37,918 nucleotides of DNA from a virus (lineage: Duplodnaviria; Caudoviricetes): IMG/VR virus record IMGVR_UViG_3300037461_000486, positions 1 to 37,918 of that record, one strand, 5' to 3'. Position 1 is the stretch's first letter. Every line of letters begins with the position of its first letter. The notes under the pieces were generated by a model. That model saw only the letters and a program-made list of their open reading frames with translations. It did no database searches and was not told the origin of the DNA. Shown in pieces: positions 18,751 through 27,609 of the stretch. The translations under genes were made by a program, and so were the position numbers.

Positions 18751-19817
18751 AATTATTCGCATTTCCAACTCATACCGATAAACAAAGAATATCAGGTGTT
18801 GATTTCGTAAGGGTTATTCAACCAATGAAACATCTCGGTAAACAAGAAGGTCTTCAAGTCAGGATATATGATCCGCATGAAAAAGAACCTACACATTGGG
18901 CTGATGTAACAAGAGATTATGATGTCATTTACTTCAACTATTTAACACATGATTGGGGATATGCAGCTATGGGGATGCTTGCAAGAAAAAATAACTGTAA
19001 GCTAGTTATGGATTTGGATGATAATTTATGGAATATTTTGGAAGATAACAGCGCATATAACGTATTTAAAAGAGGTTCAAAAGGACTTAATACTGTTACT
19101 TCAATAATAAATGATGTCGATTATGTAACTTGCACTAATAAATACTTAAAGAATGCGATATTGAACAATACTTATAAACGGTATGATGAAGTACAGGTAT
19201 TCCCCAATTACATAGACTTGAATTTGTATAAAACAAGACTTTCGTTTAAAGATACACATGAAGTTGTAATAGCACACTTCGGATCGACAACTCATTTTTC
19301 ATCACTTCAGAATGAGGAATTTGCGCTTGGTATGGATAAACTAATGTATGAATATCCGAATATTAAATTCAGGACAATAGGATCATTCTTTGGTGAATAC
19401 AAAAAAAGATGGGGTATGAGATATGACTATTCTTTTGGCGATATGGATGTACTGAAGTGGATAGAAAAGATGCCGAAATTGCTGGATGATATTGATATTA
19501 TAGTAGCACCATTGACAGATAATATTTACAATCGTGCCAAAAGTTCAATAAAGTATATAGAAACATCAAGCTATAAAAAGCCTGGTTGTTGGCAGAAAAT
19601 ACGCCAATATGAAGAAATTATTCAAGATGGTATAAACGGCTTCTTATGCGAAACAAAAGATGAATGGTATAAGAAGATAAAAACATTAATAGAAGACAAA
19701 GAATTAAGGAAAAGTATGGGGGAAGAAGCATTTAAAACAACTGAAAAAGACTGGACTATACAAGGACATATAAAAGACTATACAAATTTCTTTACAAAAG
19801 TATTGACAAACGACTAA
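18744..19817 (+). CDS. GT-B glycosyltransferase (GT4-like)
   Basis: RVIQP, DLDDNLW, FPNYID, GSTTH, APL..N.YNRAKSSIKYIE, NGFL. Confidence 0.88.
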   Translation: MVKLFAFPTHTDKQRISGVDFVRVIQPMKHLGKQEGLQVRIYDPHEKEPTHWADVTRDYDVIYFNYLTHDWGYAAMGMLARKNNCKLVMDLDDNLWNILEDNSAYNVFKRGSKGLNTVTSIINDVDYVTCTNKYLKNAILNNTYKRYDEVQVFPNYIDLNLYKTRLSFKDTHEVVIAHFGSTTHFSSLQNEEFALGMDKLMYEYPNIKFRTIGSFFGEYKKRWGMRYDYSFGDMDVLKWIEKMPKLLDDIDIIVAPLTDNIYNRAKSSIKYIETSSYKKPGCWQKIRQYEEIIQDGINGFLCETKDEWYKKIKTLIEDKELRKSMGEEAFKTTEKDWTIQGHIKDYTNFFTKVLTND

Positions 19818-19891
19818 AAAAAGTTTAAAAGATAATTGCTGATACTAACATTGAATTAGTGAGGCACAACTTAATCGTTGTGTCTTTTTTT
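19803..19891 (+). promoter_or_regulatory. Late leader copy 3
   Basis: TTGACA 19803; TGCT-GAT-ACTAA(cattgaa)TTAGT-GA-GGCA 19837-19866; terminator GGCACAAC/GTTGTGTC plus T7, then ATG 19892. Confidence 0.75.
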
Positions 19892-20005
19892 ATGCCTTTT
19901 AAAAGTTTGAAACAACGCAAATGGATGTGGGCTAATAAGCCTAAACTAGCACGCAAGTGGACTAATAAATACGGATCAAAAGTTAAAAAGAAAAGGAGAA
20001 AATAA
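19892..20005 (+). CDS. Small basic MPFKS-type peptide (37 aa)
   Basis: MPFKSLKQRKWMWANKPKLARKWTNKYGSKVKKKRRK; TAATG overlap with the next gene. Confidence 0.75.
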   Translation: MPFKSLKQRKWMWANKPKLARKWTNKYGSKVKKKRRK

Positions 20006-21231
20006 TGGCAACAGTACAACAGGCAGAACAACAAGCATTACAGGCAGGAGCAGACCCAGCAACACTTTCTTTTGCAAAATCACAACTTGGATCAACAGCT
20101 TACAAAGGTTATTGTGAGAGATTTGTTGAAAATGCACAAGGTGTAGGAGGGCAATATCCATCAGCTATCGCTGCTTGGAATGCACAGCAAAATCAGGCAA
20201 CACAGGGTATATCAGGAGCTCAACCAGGTGATGTAGTATATTTTTCTGCTAATCCTTCAAATGAAAATTATGGTCATACAGGTATTTATGCCGGCAATAA
20301 TCAATTTTATAATCCAACATATAACGGAGTTAAGCTATCAAATATTACAGATTGGTTAAGGGCAACAGGACAACAGATTCTCGGTTATATAGATAAAACA
20401 GCAGGAGGATTTGCAAATAAAGTAAAGAATACAGCTTATGAATTGGCTAATAATCTAGTACCAAAAGCATATGCGGAAGAAGAAGAAAAGAAAAAAACAA
20501 ACTATAGCGCTCCAATAAATAACTATATACCTTCTAGTTTTACAGGTTATGTAGGAACAACTCCATATCTTCAAGGACAAATACAAACAAGTGGTGGAGG
20601 ATTTTATACTGATCCAAATACAGGAAAAGTAAGTTACAGCGCAGGATATCATGGAGGCGGAGGTGGATGGTTTGAGGACAGGGGACAATGGGGGACTGGG
20701 ATGAACATGGGGCCGATGGTAAATGGTACAGTCCAAACCGGCGGAGGAGGATTTACACCAGATGGTAGTTATAGTGCCGGTTATCATGGTTCAGGAGAAC
20801 ACCCGGAGATAACAGGAGAATCAACACCTGGAATATATACATCTAAACCTATTGTTCTTAATGGTGTATTAAGACAAGGATCATTCGGGCCGATAGCAAA
20901 ACCTGACCTTTCAAACGGCGGGAAAGTAAAAGATTTCATAGACTATGTTTCAGAAATGGGCTATGACACTTCCCAAGTCGATAGGGCAGCAATAGAACGC
21001 CAATATAATCAGCAAGGCGGAAACTTTGATGGTGTAGCTTTCCTAGAAACATTACCGCAAAAGAATGCACAGAAAACAGAACTTATTAAACAATATGCTT
21101 CAAATCCTATGATGCCTACATCACAAATGTATAACCTTCTAGGAGGGCAAAACTACAGTAATTTATTTACAGATGTTAATTCATTAAAAGACATAGGAAA
21201 TGCAGTAGGAACGCAGATGTCACTAGCTTAA
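20005..21231 (+). CDS. Putative ejection protein with N-terminal CHAP/NlpC-P60-type hydrolase
   Basis: GYCERFV (Cys), SAIAAW, PGDVVYF, YGHTGIY (His); Gly-rich middle region. Confidence 0.8.
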   Translation: MATVQQAEQQALQAGADPATLSFAKSQLGSTAYKGYCERFVENAQGVGGQYPSAIAAWNAQQNQATQGISGAQPGDVVYFSANPSNENYGHTGIYAGNNQFYNPTYNGVKLSNITDWLRATGQQILGYIDKTAGGFANKVKNTAYELANNLVPKAYAEEEEKKKTNYSAPINNYIPSSFTGYVGTTPYLQGQIQTSGGGFYTDPNTGKVSYSAGYHGGGGGWFEDRGQWGTGMNMGPMVNGTVQTGGGGFTPDGSYSAGYHGSGEHPEITGESTPGIYTSKPIVLNGVLRQGSFGPIAKPDLSNGGKVKDFIDYVSEMGYDTSQVDRAAIERQYNQQGGNFDGVAFLETLPQKNAQKTELIKQYASNPMMPTSQMYNLLGGQNYSNLFTDVNSLKDIGNAVGTQMSLA

Positions 21232-21255
21232 TAAATTTATTAAAAGGAGAACAAT

Positions 21256-22413
21256 ATGGTAGACCCTATAGCTTTATTTAATCAAGTAAGACAAATTCCT
21301 GGTACACCAGTTTATCAACCGCAACCATTCATAGGGCCAGGAGCAGGAAATTATGGAACACAGGATGTTTATATTGCCCCAGGATCAAATCAACAATGGG
21401 TAAATGACGTTAATCAAAGGGCTAATAATTATAATACTCTTGGTGTATCAACAACGAATCAAACCACTAATAATCCTTTTATACCATCTGTAAAAGAAGG
21501 ATCAACAAAGGAAGAAATAGCAGCTTATGAATCACAGCAAAGACAGGGACAGCTTAACGATCAGGCAAGAAATGAAATAAACGCAGGATATGACGCTTAC
21601 CAGGCAGAGCTTGACCAGATATTAAATTCAAGCCTTCCAGCACAAAAAGCAGCACAGGAAGGGATGGTAAAAGGCCAGTATGAAACAGGTATGGCTGATT
21701 TAGCAGGCCAAAAGACACAGGGAATGGCTGACCTTGCTACACAAAAAAGGAAACTCGACGAACAGAAAGTAGCTTCATTAAAGGACATTGCAACTAACAT
21801 GAGAAATCAGCTTATTGCAGGCAATGTCTACCTTGGTGCAAGAGGGGCGGGGGACAGCAGCGCAGCCAATATGTATTCTTACGCACTTACAAAGGAAGGC
21901 AATAAACAAAGAGGAAACGTCATGGGCCAGACACAACAGCTTATGGCTGATGTAGCTGACAGGGAGTTTAAGTTAAGCAATATATTCAATACCGAAACTA
22001 ACAAACTAAAGAACGAAATGAATGTTGCATTAAATAATGTAGCGCAATGGTTTGCGGAAGCGCAAAACCAAATAAGGCAACAGGCAGGACAATTAGGAGC
22101 TAACAGGGGTAAAGATTTAGCTGCACTATCACAACAGGCATTACAGTATGCACAAAACCAGATTTTGCTTGCACAACAGCAAATTGCCAACAAACAAAAC
22201 ATGCTTGAACAATGGGCTATTAATAAATCTAACGATCTAGCATCACTAAAGCAAAATCTAGCTAATGTAACACAAGGGTTCAATCCGACAGTAACTCAAC
22301 AGACACCTGTAAATGCGGTTGCACAAATGTTTACAGGTGGTAGTACACCTGTACAAAAGTTATATAGCCAGAATACAGGTAACACATCTACAGATGATAA
22401 ATGGTGGGTATAA
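21256..22413 (+). CDS. Putative internal virion or ejection protein (Gln/Ala-rich coiled coil)
   Basis: Helical QAL-rich composition, ARGAGDSSA motif, position among ejection genes. Confidence 0.75.
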   Translation: MVDPIALFNQVRQIPGTPVYQPQPFIGPGAGNYGTQDVYIAPGSNQQWVNDVNQRANNYNTLGVSTTNQTTNNPFIPSVKEGSTKEEIAAYESQQRQGQLNDQARNEINAGYDAYQAELDQILNSSLPAQKAAQEGMVKGQYETGMADLAGQKTQGMADLATQKRKLDEQKVASLKDIATNMRNQLIAGNVYLGARGAGDSSAANMYSYALTKEGNKQRGNVMGQTQQLMADVADREFKLSNIFNTETNKLKNEMNVALNNVAQWFAEAQNQIRQQAGQLGANRGKDLAALSQQALQYAQNQILLAQQQIANKQNMLEQWAINKSNDLASLKQNLANVTQGFNPTVTQQTPVNAVAQMFTGGSTPVQKLYSQNTGNTSTDDKWWV

Positions 22414-22427
22414 AGAAAGGGTTTTAA

Positions 22428-25400
22428 ATGACTTTGCGTGATATAGCGGATGAAGCTAAAAAACTTCTAGTAAATACCGGGTTGAATATGATACCTGGTT
22501 ATACTCCGACTAAAAATATTTATAATGCTTTGCCTATACAAGGAAAACAATACGTACAACAGGGTTTAGATCGTGCTTCTCAAACAGTACAGCAATTACC
22601 TCAAATTGCACAACAACAATGGGGGCAAGGACAGATAGTTACACAAAATCCGCTTATACCACAGCAGTTAAAACAACCTTTGGCAACAACACTTCAATAT
22701 ACAAGTGCTCCATTTATACAGGGGTTTGCTAAAGCTACAACAGCACCATTCAGACCGATAAATACATTTGAAAAAATTGGTGATATTGCAGGGGGAATAG
22801 GACAGGTTACTAATCCGTTTCAGTCAATAGGTATGGGCGCTTTCCAGGCAGGTACACAGGCTTTGGGTAATATAATTAATAAAAAGCCTATTACGACAAA
22901 TTTAAACAATGCGTATCAAAGTGGTTTTGAATTCGGTGCAAAACTATCAGCAATATCTAATGTTGCAAATATAGCACTTTCACCAATTTTGAATAAGGTT
23001 GCACCTGTTGAGCTTAAAAATATCAATACTTATCTTGATCTAGCTAAACGTGCAACAACTCCGAATATAAAAAAACAAATATTAACTCTTGCTGCAAAAA
23101 GGATAATACAAAGCATAGGTAGGGAAGCTATATCAGGCGGTGTTGGTATGGCAGCAGTTGGTGCAACGATGCCAACAAAGAATATAGAAGAAAGAATTAA
23201 AAATATATTAGATCAAGGTATTCAAGGCGCAGCTTATGGAGCCGGTATGAAAACGTTAGGAATAGGCACACAAGCACTTGGAGGTCAGGTTATAAAACCG
23301 GCTATTGAAAAATATAAATCTTTAACTCCTAAGCAAAAACAAGGTGGATATATAAACTTTGGATTATATAAAAATGATACTCAACAGGCTTTAATAGATA
23401 CAATACAAAAACAAAGAGCTTTACAGCAAAGATGGGAGAATACTACTGATCCACTAGCAAGAGAACAAATCGAAAATCAGCTTAATATATTATCAGGTCA
23501 ATATCAGGATATTGCTAAAAAATTGAACTTAAAAGATATAAGACAACTCGAATATAAAGGTGGACAAAGAGCAGTTGAAAGTAAACCACTAAAGAAAAGT
23601 TTTTTTGGCACTATATGGGATAAATTTACGGGTAAACCAAAAGAAGCAATACAACAGTTACTTGAAGCAAAAGAAGGTGAAGTGCCAGCAGCTATGAATA
23701 AAAGAGGACTTGGAACAATAGATTTTGTGTACGGTGTAAAAGGAAAAGGCGGTTATGGAATTTCACATATAGAAGAAACACATCCAGGAGTGTTAAAACT
23801 TATTCCTGACATAATTGATAAAGGAAATATTGTTAAATCAAGTAATCCTGATAGAGTTTATATTCAAACACCTGATCATAGAGCGGTTGTTAGGTTAGAT
23901 TGGAATAAACAAACAAAAAGATGGTTAATGACTGCTTTCGATTTCGAAAAAAATCTCGCACCTTCTAGTAAAACTAGCTTTAGCAAGACAGCAGCCATTG
24001 CTAAAGATTCAGGTGCGATGGTTGATACTATTATACCACAACAAGTCAAAGGAGTAGAGGAATGGGTTAAACCTTCTGTCTTTCAAGAAAAGCCACAAGT
24101 GCAAACACAACAAGAAATACTACAACCAAAGGTGAAAATAACGAACCCGAATCAACAATCAGTTGTGCCACAAACAAAAGCAGAAACACCGCAAGGATTA
24201 TCAGGGGGAGCTTCAAATAATTCATCAGGTAGTATTATACCACCTAAAGAAAAACCCTTTTATAATGTGGAACGCATGGGGGTTAATAAGACAACTAAAA
24301 AAGAAGTATTAGATGTTATTGACGAAGTTACACCATCAATTCAAAAAGTAGTAGGAAAAAAATTGACACATAAAGAAGTTATTGAAACCGCAAAAAGAAC
24401 AAAAACAATTCTTCAGGGAACTATTGGGAGAGATCAGACAGAACAACTAGGTGCTATGGCTTTGAACCTTCGTAATAAATTAGCATATATGGCAAAAACA
24501 GATATGGCAGATGAGGAGTTTATTAATCTTCTTATACAAGACAAGGCTTATGGGCAACAACTAGCAAGACTTTTAGGTCAAAGAAGAATAGTATCAGACC
24601 CATCTTCAGGGTCATTGGTAAATAAAATAATAGCTAACGTATTAAAGAACAACAATAATACAGATGACATTCTGAAAGCTGCTAAAGGAGTTGATTTCAA
24701 CGATATGAAACAGGCAACTGCTTTCTATCGGCAGTTTATAAAACCGAAAGCAGGAGATTGGATCGATTTATTAAGATACAATTCTATGCTTTCTTCACCG
24801 AATACGCATATAAATAATTCTTTTTCAAACCTTCAGGGAACAGGGTTTATTGCGCCGATTGAAAAAACTATAACAGGAGGATTAGATTTTCTTTCTTCAA
24901 AGATAACAGGAAGACCAAGACAATATTTAGCAGGAGAAGGTATAGCATATGCAAAAGGCTATTGGGGGAATTTAAGGAATGCTGCTAATAAATTTATGGA
25001 TGTTATAAAAGGACAAAAAATTTCTGATATGCAGGAAGTATATGATATTCCATTATCTACAGGAGGAAGATCGTCTAAATACGAAAAGATATTAGGTTTT
25101 GTAACTAAGGCATTAAAAGCAGAAGACGAGTTTTTTCAGACACTTACAGAAGGCGGAGCAACATCAGCTCTTAAATACAGGCAATCCAAAAATATAAAAA
25201 TTACAGGCGATATAGCGGAAACAGCATTCAAAGAAGGAAGAAAAAGATTATTCAATGCTCCATTTAATTTACCGGAAGAAGGTTATGTATTAAAAGCTAT
25301 AGAATATCTTCCTGAAAAAATAATGAAAGCAAGGAATTCTGATAATCCACTAGTATCTACAATATCTAAATTCACTTTTCCATTTGTAAGAATACCAGCA

Positions 25401-26852
25401 AATATATTAAAAGCATCAGTAGAATATTCTCCTACAGGAGTAACAACTTTATGGGGAGCTAAAAATAAAACAGAACAATTATCAAAAGCAATTTTAGGGA
25501 CAGGGTTCGGATTAGGAACAGCTATGTTAGTAGGCGCAGATAGGATGACTTGGTCTGAACCTACTAGTGAAACAAGGAAAAATGCTTTCAGGGATGCAGG
25601 GATGCAACCATATTCAATTAAAATTGGAGATAAGTGGGTATCTTATTCAAAGCTTCATCCAGCTATCGCTTTTCCAATAGCTTTAGTTGCAGCAGTAAGG
25701 GATGCAGAAGCAAATAAACGCCTGGATGATGGACAAGTAGAAACTATACTTACAGGACTTGCTAAGTGGATGCAGTTTTATGCAGATGCTTCCTATGTGA
25801 AAAATATTGGTGATTTTGTAGCATCAACTAAAGGTGATGTTCAGGGATTAACAAGATATATTTCTAATTATCCACAGCAGTTAATACCATTTAGGGCTTT
25901 AATGGGATGGGTGAATAGATTTATAGACCCATATCAAAGACAAGCTGATAAAAATGCATCTCCTATAGAAAAACAAATACAGCAAATAATGACACAACTA
26001 CCATTTCTGTCTATGACAGTTCCCGCAAGAACTAACAAGTTTGGTGAACCAATAAAAATGCAGAACCCAACACTTAATAACCTTTCACCAATAAAAATAA
26101 CAACAGAGAACCCTGAAAAAAGGGAATATTATGATATGCTGACTGAAAAAAGCAAGCAAACACGAATCAAGAATGATATAAAAAGAATGGCAGAAGAAGG
26201 AAAACCAATACCTGACATGATGGGTGTACAAGCTGCAGAAACTATAACCAATACTAAATCTTATATCGAGCAGGAAAAGAAAAAAATGCAAAATGAAGTT
26301 GCTCTTGAACGCTTTAAAATGTCCGATCAAAGTATTGCAGAAATCGGCGGAAGAATATATATCAAAGATGAAAATGGGGATATATCTTCAAAGAAAAAAA
26401 CCGACTATCAAAACCAGCTTCGTGATGCACAATACACACTTCAAGCACAACAGCTAAAAGCACAAAATGACATACAAGGATGGATTCAGGCTACTGAAAC
26501 ATATCTATCAGACCTTAAAAAACAAAAAGAAGCGCTTACAGGACAATATGACGAAGTTAAAAAGACACAGCTTCAAAACAAAATAGAGGACTTAACCACT
26601 TCACTTTCAAAGTATAAAAACTATAATGGATTTACCAAATCGAAAAAACTTAAAAGCATAAAGATAACTTCTAAGAAAGTTACAGTACCGAAAACCAGGA
26701 TTTCATTACCGAAATCAACTTTTAAATCTAATATAAAAATAAAGAAACCGCCAAAGATAAAATTGACAAAACCGAAGAAACTAAGTAATATCAAAGTCAA
26801 AGTTCCGAAGTATAAGTTTGTAAAATATACGGCAAAGAATAGTTTAGTTTAA
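22428..26852 (+). CDS. Large polyvalent or DNA-ejection protein with PBECR1-like domain
   Basis: 1474 aa; GKPKEAI...IDFVYG...GYGISHI..H...VRLDW...WLMTAF near 23600-23945; YNSMLS, FPFVRIPAN and QPYSIKIGDKWVSY further on; Lys-rich tail. Confidence 0.8.
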   Translation: MTLRDIADEAKKLLVNTGLNMIPGYTPTKNIYNALPIQGKQYVQQGLDRASQTVQQLPQIAQQQWGQGQIVTQNPLIPQQLKQPLATTLQYTSAPFIQGFAKATTAPFRPINTFEKIGDIAGGIGQVTNPFQSIGMGAFQAGTQALGNIINKKPITTNLNNAYQSGFEFGAKLSAISNVANIALSPILNKVAPVELKNINTYLDLAKRATTPNIKKQILTLAAKRIIQSIGREAISGGVGMAAVGATMPTKNIEERIKNILDQGIQGAAYGAGMKTLGIGTQALGGQVIKPAIEKYKSLTPKQKQGGYINFGLYKNDTQQALIDTIQKQRALQQRWENTTDPLAREQIENQLNILSGQYQDIAKKLNLKDIRQLEYKGGQRAVESKPLKKSFFGTIWDKFTGKPKEAIQQLLEAKEGEVPAAMNKRGLGTIDFVYGVKGKGGYGISHIEETHPGVLKLIPDIIDKGNIVKSSNPDRVYIQTPDHRAVVRLDWNKQTKRWLMTAFDFEKNLAPSSKTSFSKTAAIAKDSGAMVDTIIPQQVKGVEEWVKPSVFQEKPQVQTQQEILQPKVKITNPNQQSVVPQTKAETPQGLSGGASNNSSGSIIPPKEKPFYNVERMGVNKTTKKEVLDVIDEVTPSIQKVVGKKLTHKEVIETAKRTKTILQGTIGRDQTEQLGAMALNLRNKLAYMAKTDMADEEFINLLIQDKAYGQQLARLLGQRRIVSDPSSGSLVNKIIANVLKNNNNTDDILKAAKGVDFNDMKQATAFYRQFIKPKAGDWIDLLRYNSMLSSPNTHINNSFSNLQGTGFIAPIEKTITGGLDFLSSKITGRPRQYLAGEGIAYAKGYWGNLRNAANKFMDVIKGQKISDMQEVYDIPLSTGGRSSKYEKILGFVTKALKAEDEFFQTLTEGGATSALKYRQSKNIKITGDIAETAFKEGRKRLFNAPFNLPEEGYVLKAIEYLPEKIMKARNSDNPLVSTISKFTFPFVRIPANILKASVEYSPTGVTTLWGAKNKTEQLSKAILGTGFGLGTAMLVGADRMTWSEPTSETRKNAFRDAGMQPYSIKIGDKWVSYSKLHPAIAFPIALVAAVRDAEANKRLDDGQVETILTGLAKWMQFYADASYVKNIGDFVASTKGDVQGLTRYISNYPQQLIPFRALMGWVNRFIDPYQRQADKNASPIEKQIQQIMTQLPFLSMTVPARTNKFGEPIKMQNPTLNNLSPIKITTENPEKREYYDMLTEKSKQTRIKNDIKRMAEEGKPIPDMMGVQAAETITNTKSYIEQEKKKMQNEVALERFKMSDQSIAEIGGRIYIKDENGDISSKKKTDYQNQLRDAQYTLQAQQLKAQNDIQGWIQATETYLSDLKKQKEALTGQYDEVKKTQLQNKIEDLTTSLSKYKNYNGFTKSKKLKSIKITSKKVTVPKTRISLPKSTFKSNIKIKKPPKIKLTKPKKLSNIKVKVPKYKFVKYTAKNSLV

Positions 26853-26909
26853 ATACCAATTTCTAGTAAAAAATTAGAATAGGCACGTTTGAACAACGTG
26901 TCTTTTTTT
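26818..26909 (+). promoter_or_regulatory. Late leader copy 4
   Basis: TTGTAA 26818; TACC-AAT-TTCTAG(taaaaaa)TTAGAA-TA-GGCA 26854-26885; terminator GGCACGTT/AACGTGTC plus T7, then ATGGAGG. Confidence 0.72.
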
Positions 26910-26920
26910 ATGGAGGTAAT

Positions 26921-27607
26921 ATGAACGAAAATACAATAATCCAGCATGTTTACTCAAATTATGAGGGTGATACTGACGATTGGACATCAACATCCGATGA
27001 ATACTTAGCAGCAAGAAGATATGCTAACCAGGCAGTACAGATGTGGGAGTTTTATGATGATACCAAATGGCTTGAGCTTTATGCAAAACATGAAGATAGC
27101 GCATCAGACATTGTAAAGACTATTACAGCAGGAACTTACACTTATACAACCGCTTCAGATTTTAGATTTCCGTGTTCTTATGTTCGCACAGTTAGAAACA
27201 ACGTATCAAGCTATTATTCGGTATTGCCGGTTGAAAAAGTACCGGCAGCAGATGATGACGGTGATTTGTGGGTTTACTTTACAGGCAATGCAAAAGACGG
27301 GCATGTACTTAATTTTAATCCTAATCTTACTTTGGCAACCGGGGACACTATCAAATATGAATACTATAAGAACGCTACACAGTTTACAGCTTCGAATATT
27401 ACAACTGAAATGAGCAATCCCATGTTTATTGTTCATTACATCTTATGGAGGATGTACAAAAATGACGGTGAAGACGGCAAAGCGCATGAGGAGTTTCAAC
27501 TATCACAACAGCTTCTTGAAGGCATGAGGGTAGACAACATGGTAGGGATATGGAATCAGTCGTTTAATATTGACAACAGCGAATACGCAGACGGATTCGG
27601 AGTTTAA
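26921..27607 (+). CDS. Head-tail adaptor protein (podophage type)
   Basis: Helical termini around a beta insert (YTYTTASDF, FNP, YEYYK); size and position before the nozzle. Confidence 0.75.
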   Translation: MNENTIIQHVYSNYEGDTDDWTSTSDEYLAARRYANQAVQMWEFYDDTKWLELYAKHEDSASDIVKTITAGTYTYTTASDFRFPCSYVRTVRNNVSSYYSVLPVEKVPAADDDGDLWVYFTGNAKDGHVLNFNPNLTLATGDTIKYEYYKNATQFTASNITTEMSNPMFIVHYILWRMYKNDGEDGKAHEEFQLSQQLLEGMRVDNMVGIWNQSFNIDNSEYADGFGV

Positions 27608-27609
27608 TT

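Noticed and set aside
13370-19817. GtrABC-type seroconversion or DNA hypermodification cassette
   Set aside because: No membrane components and no base-hydroxymethylase or own polymerase, and it lies among late structural genes. Disfavoured but not excluded.
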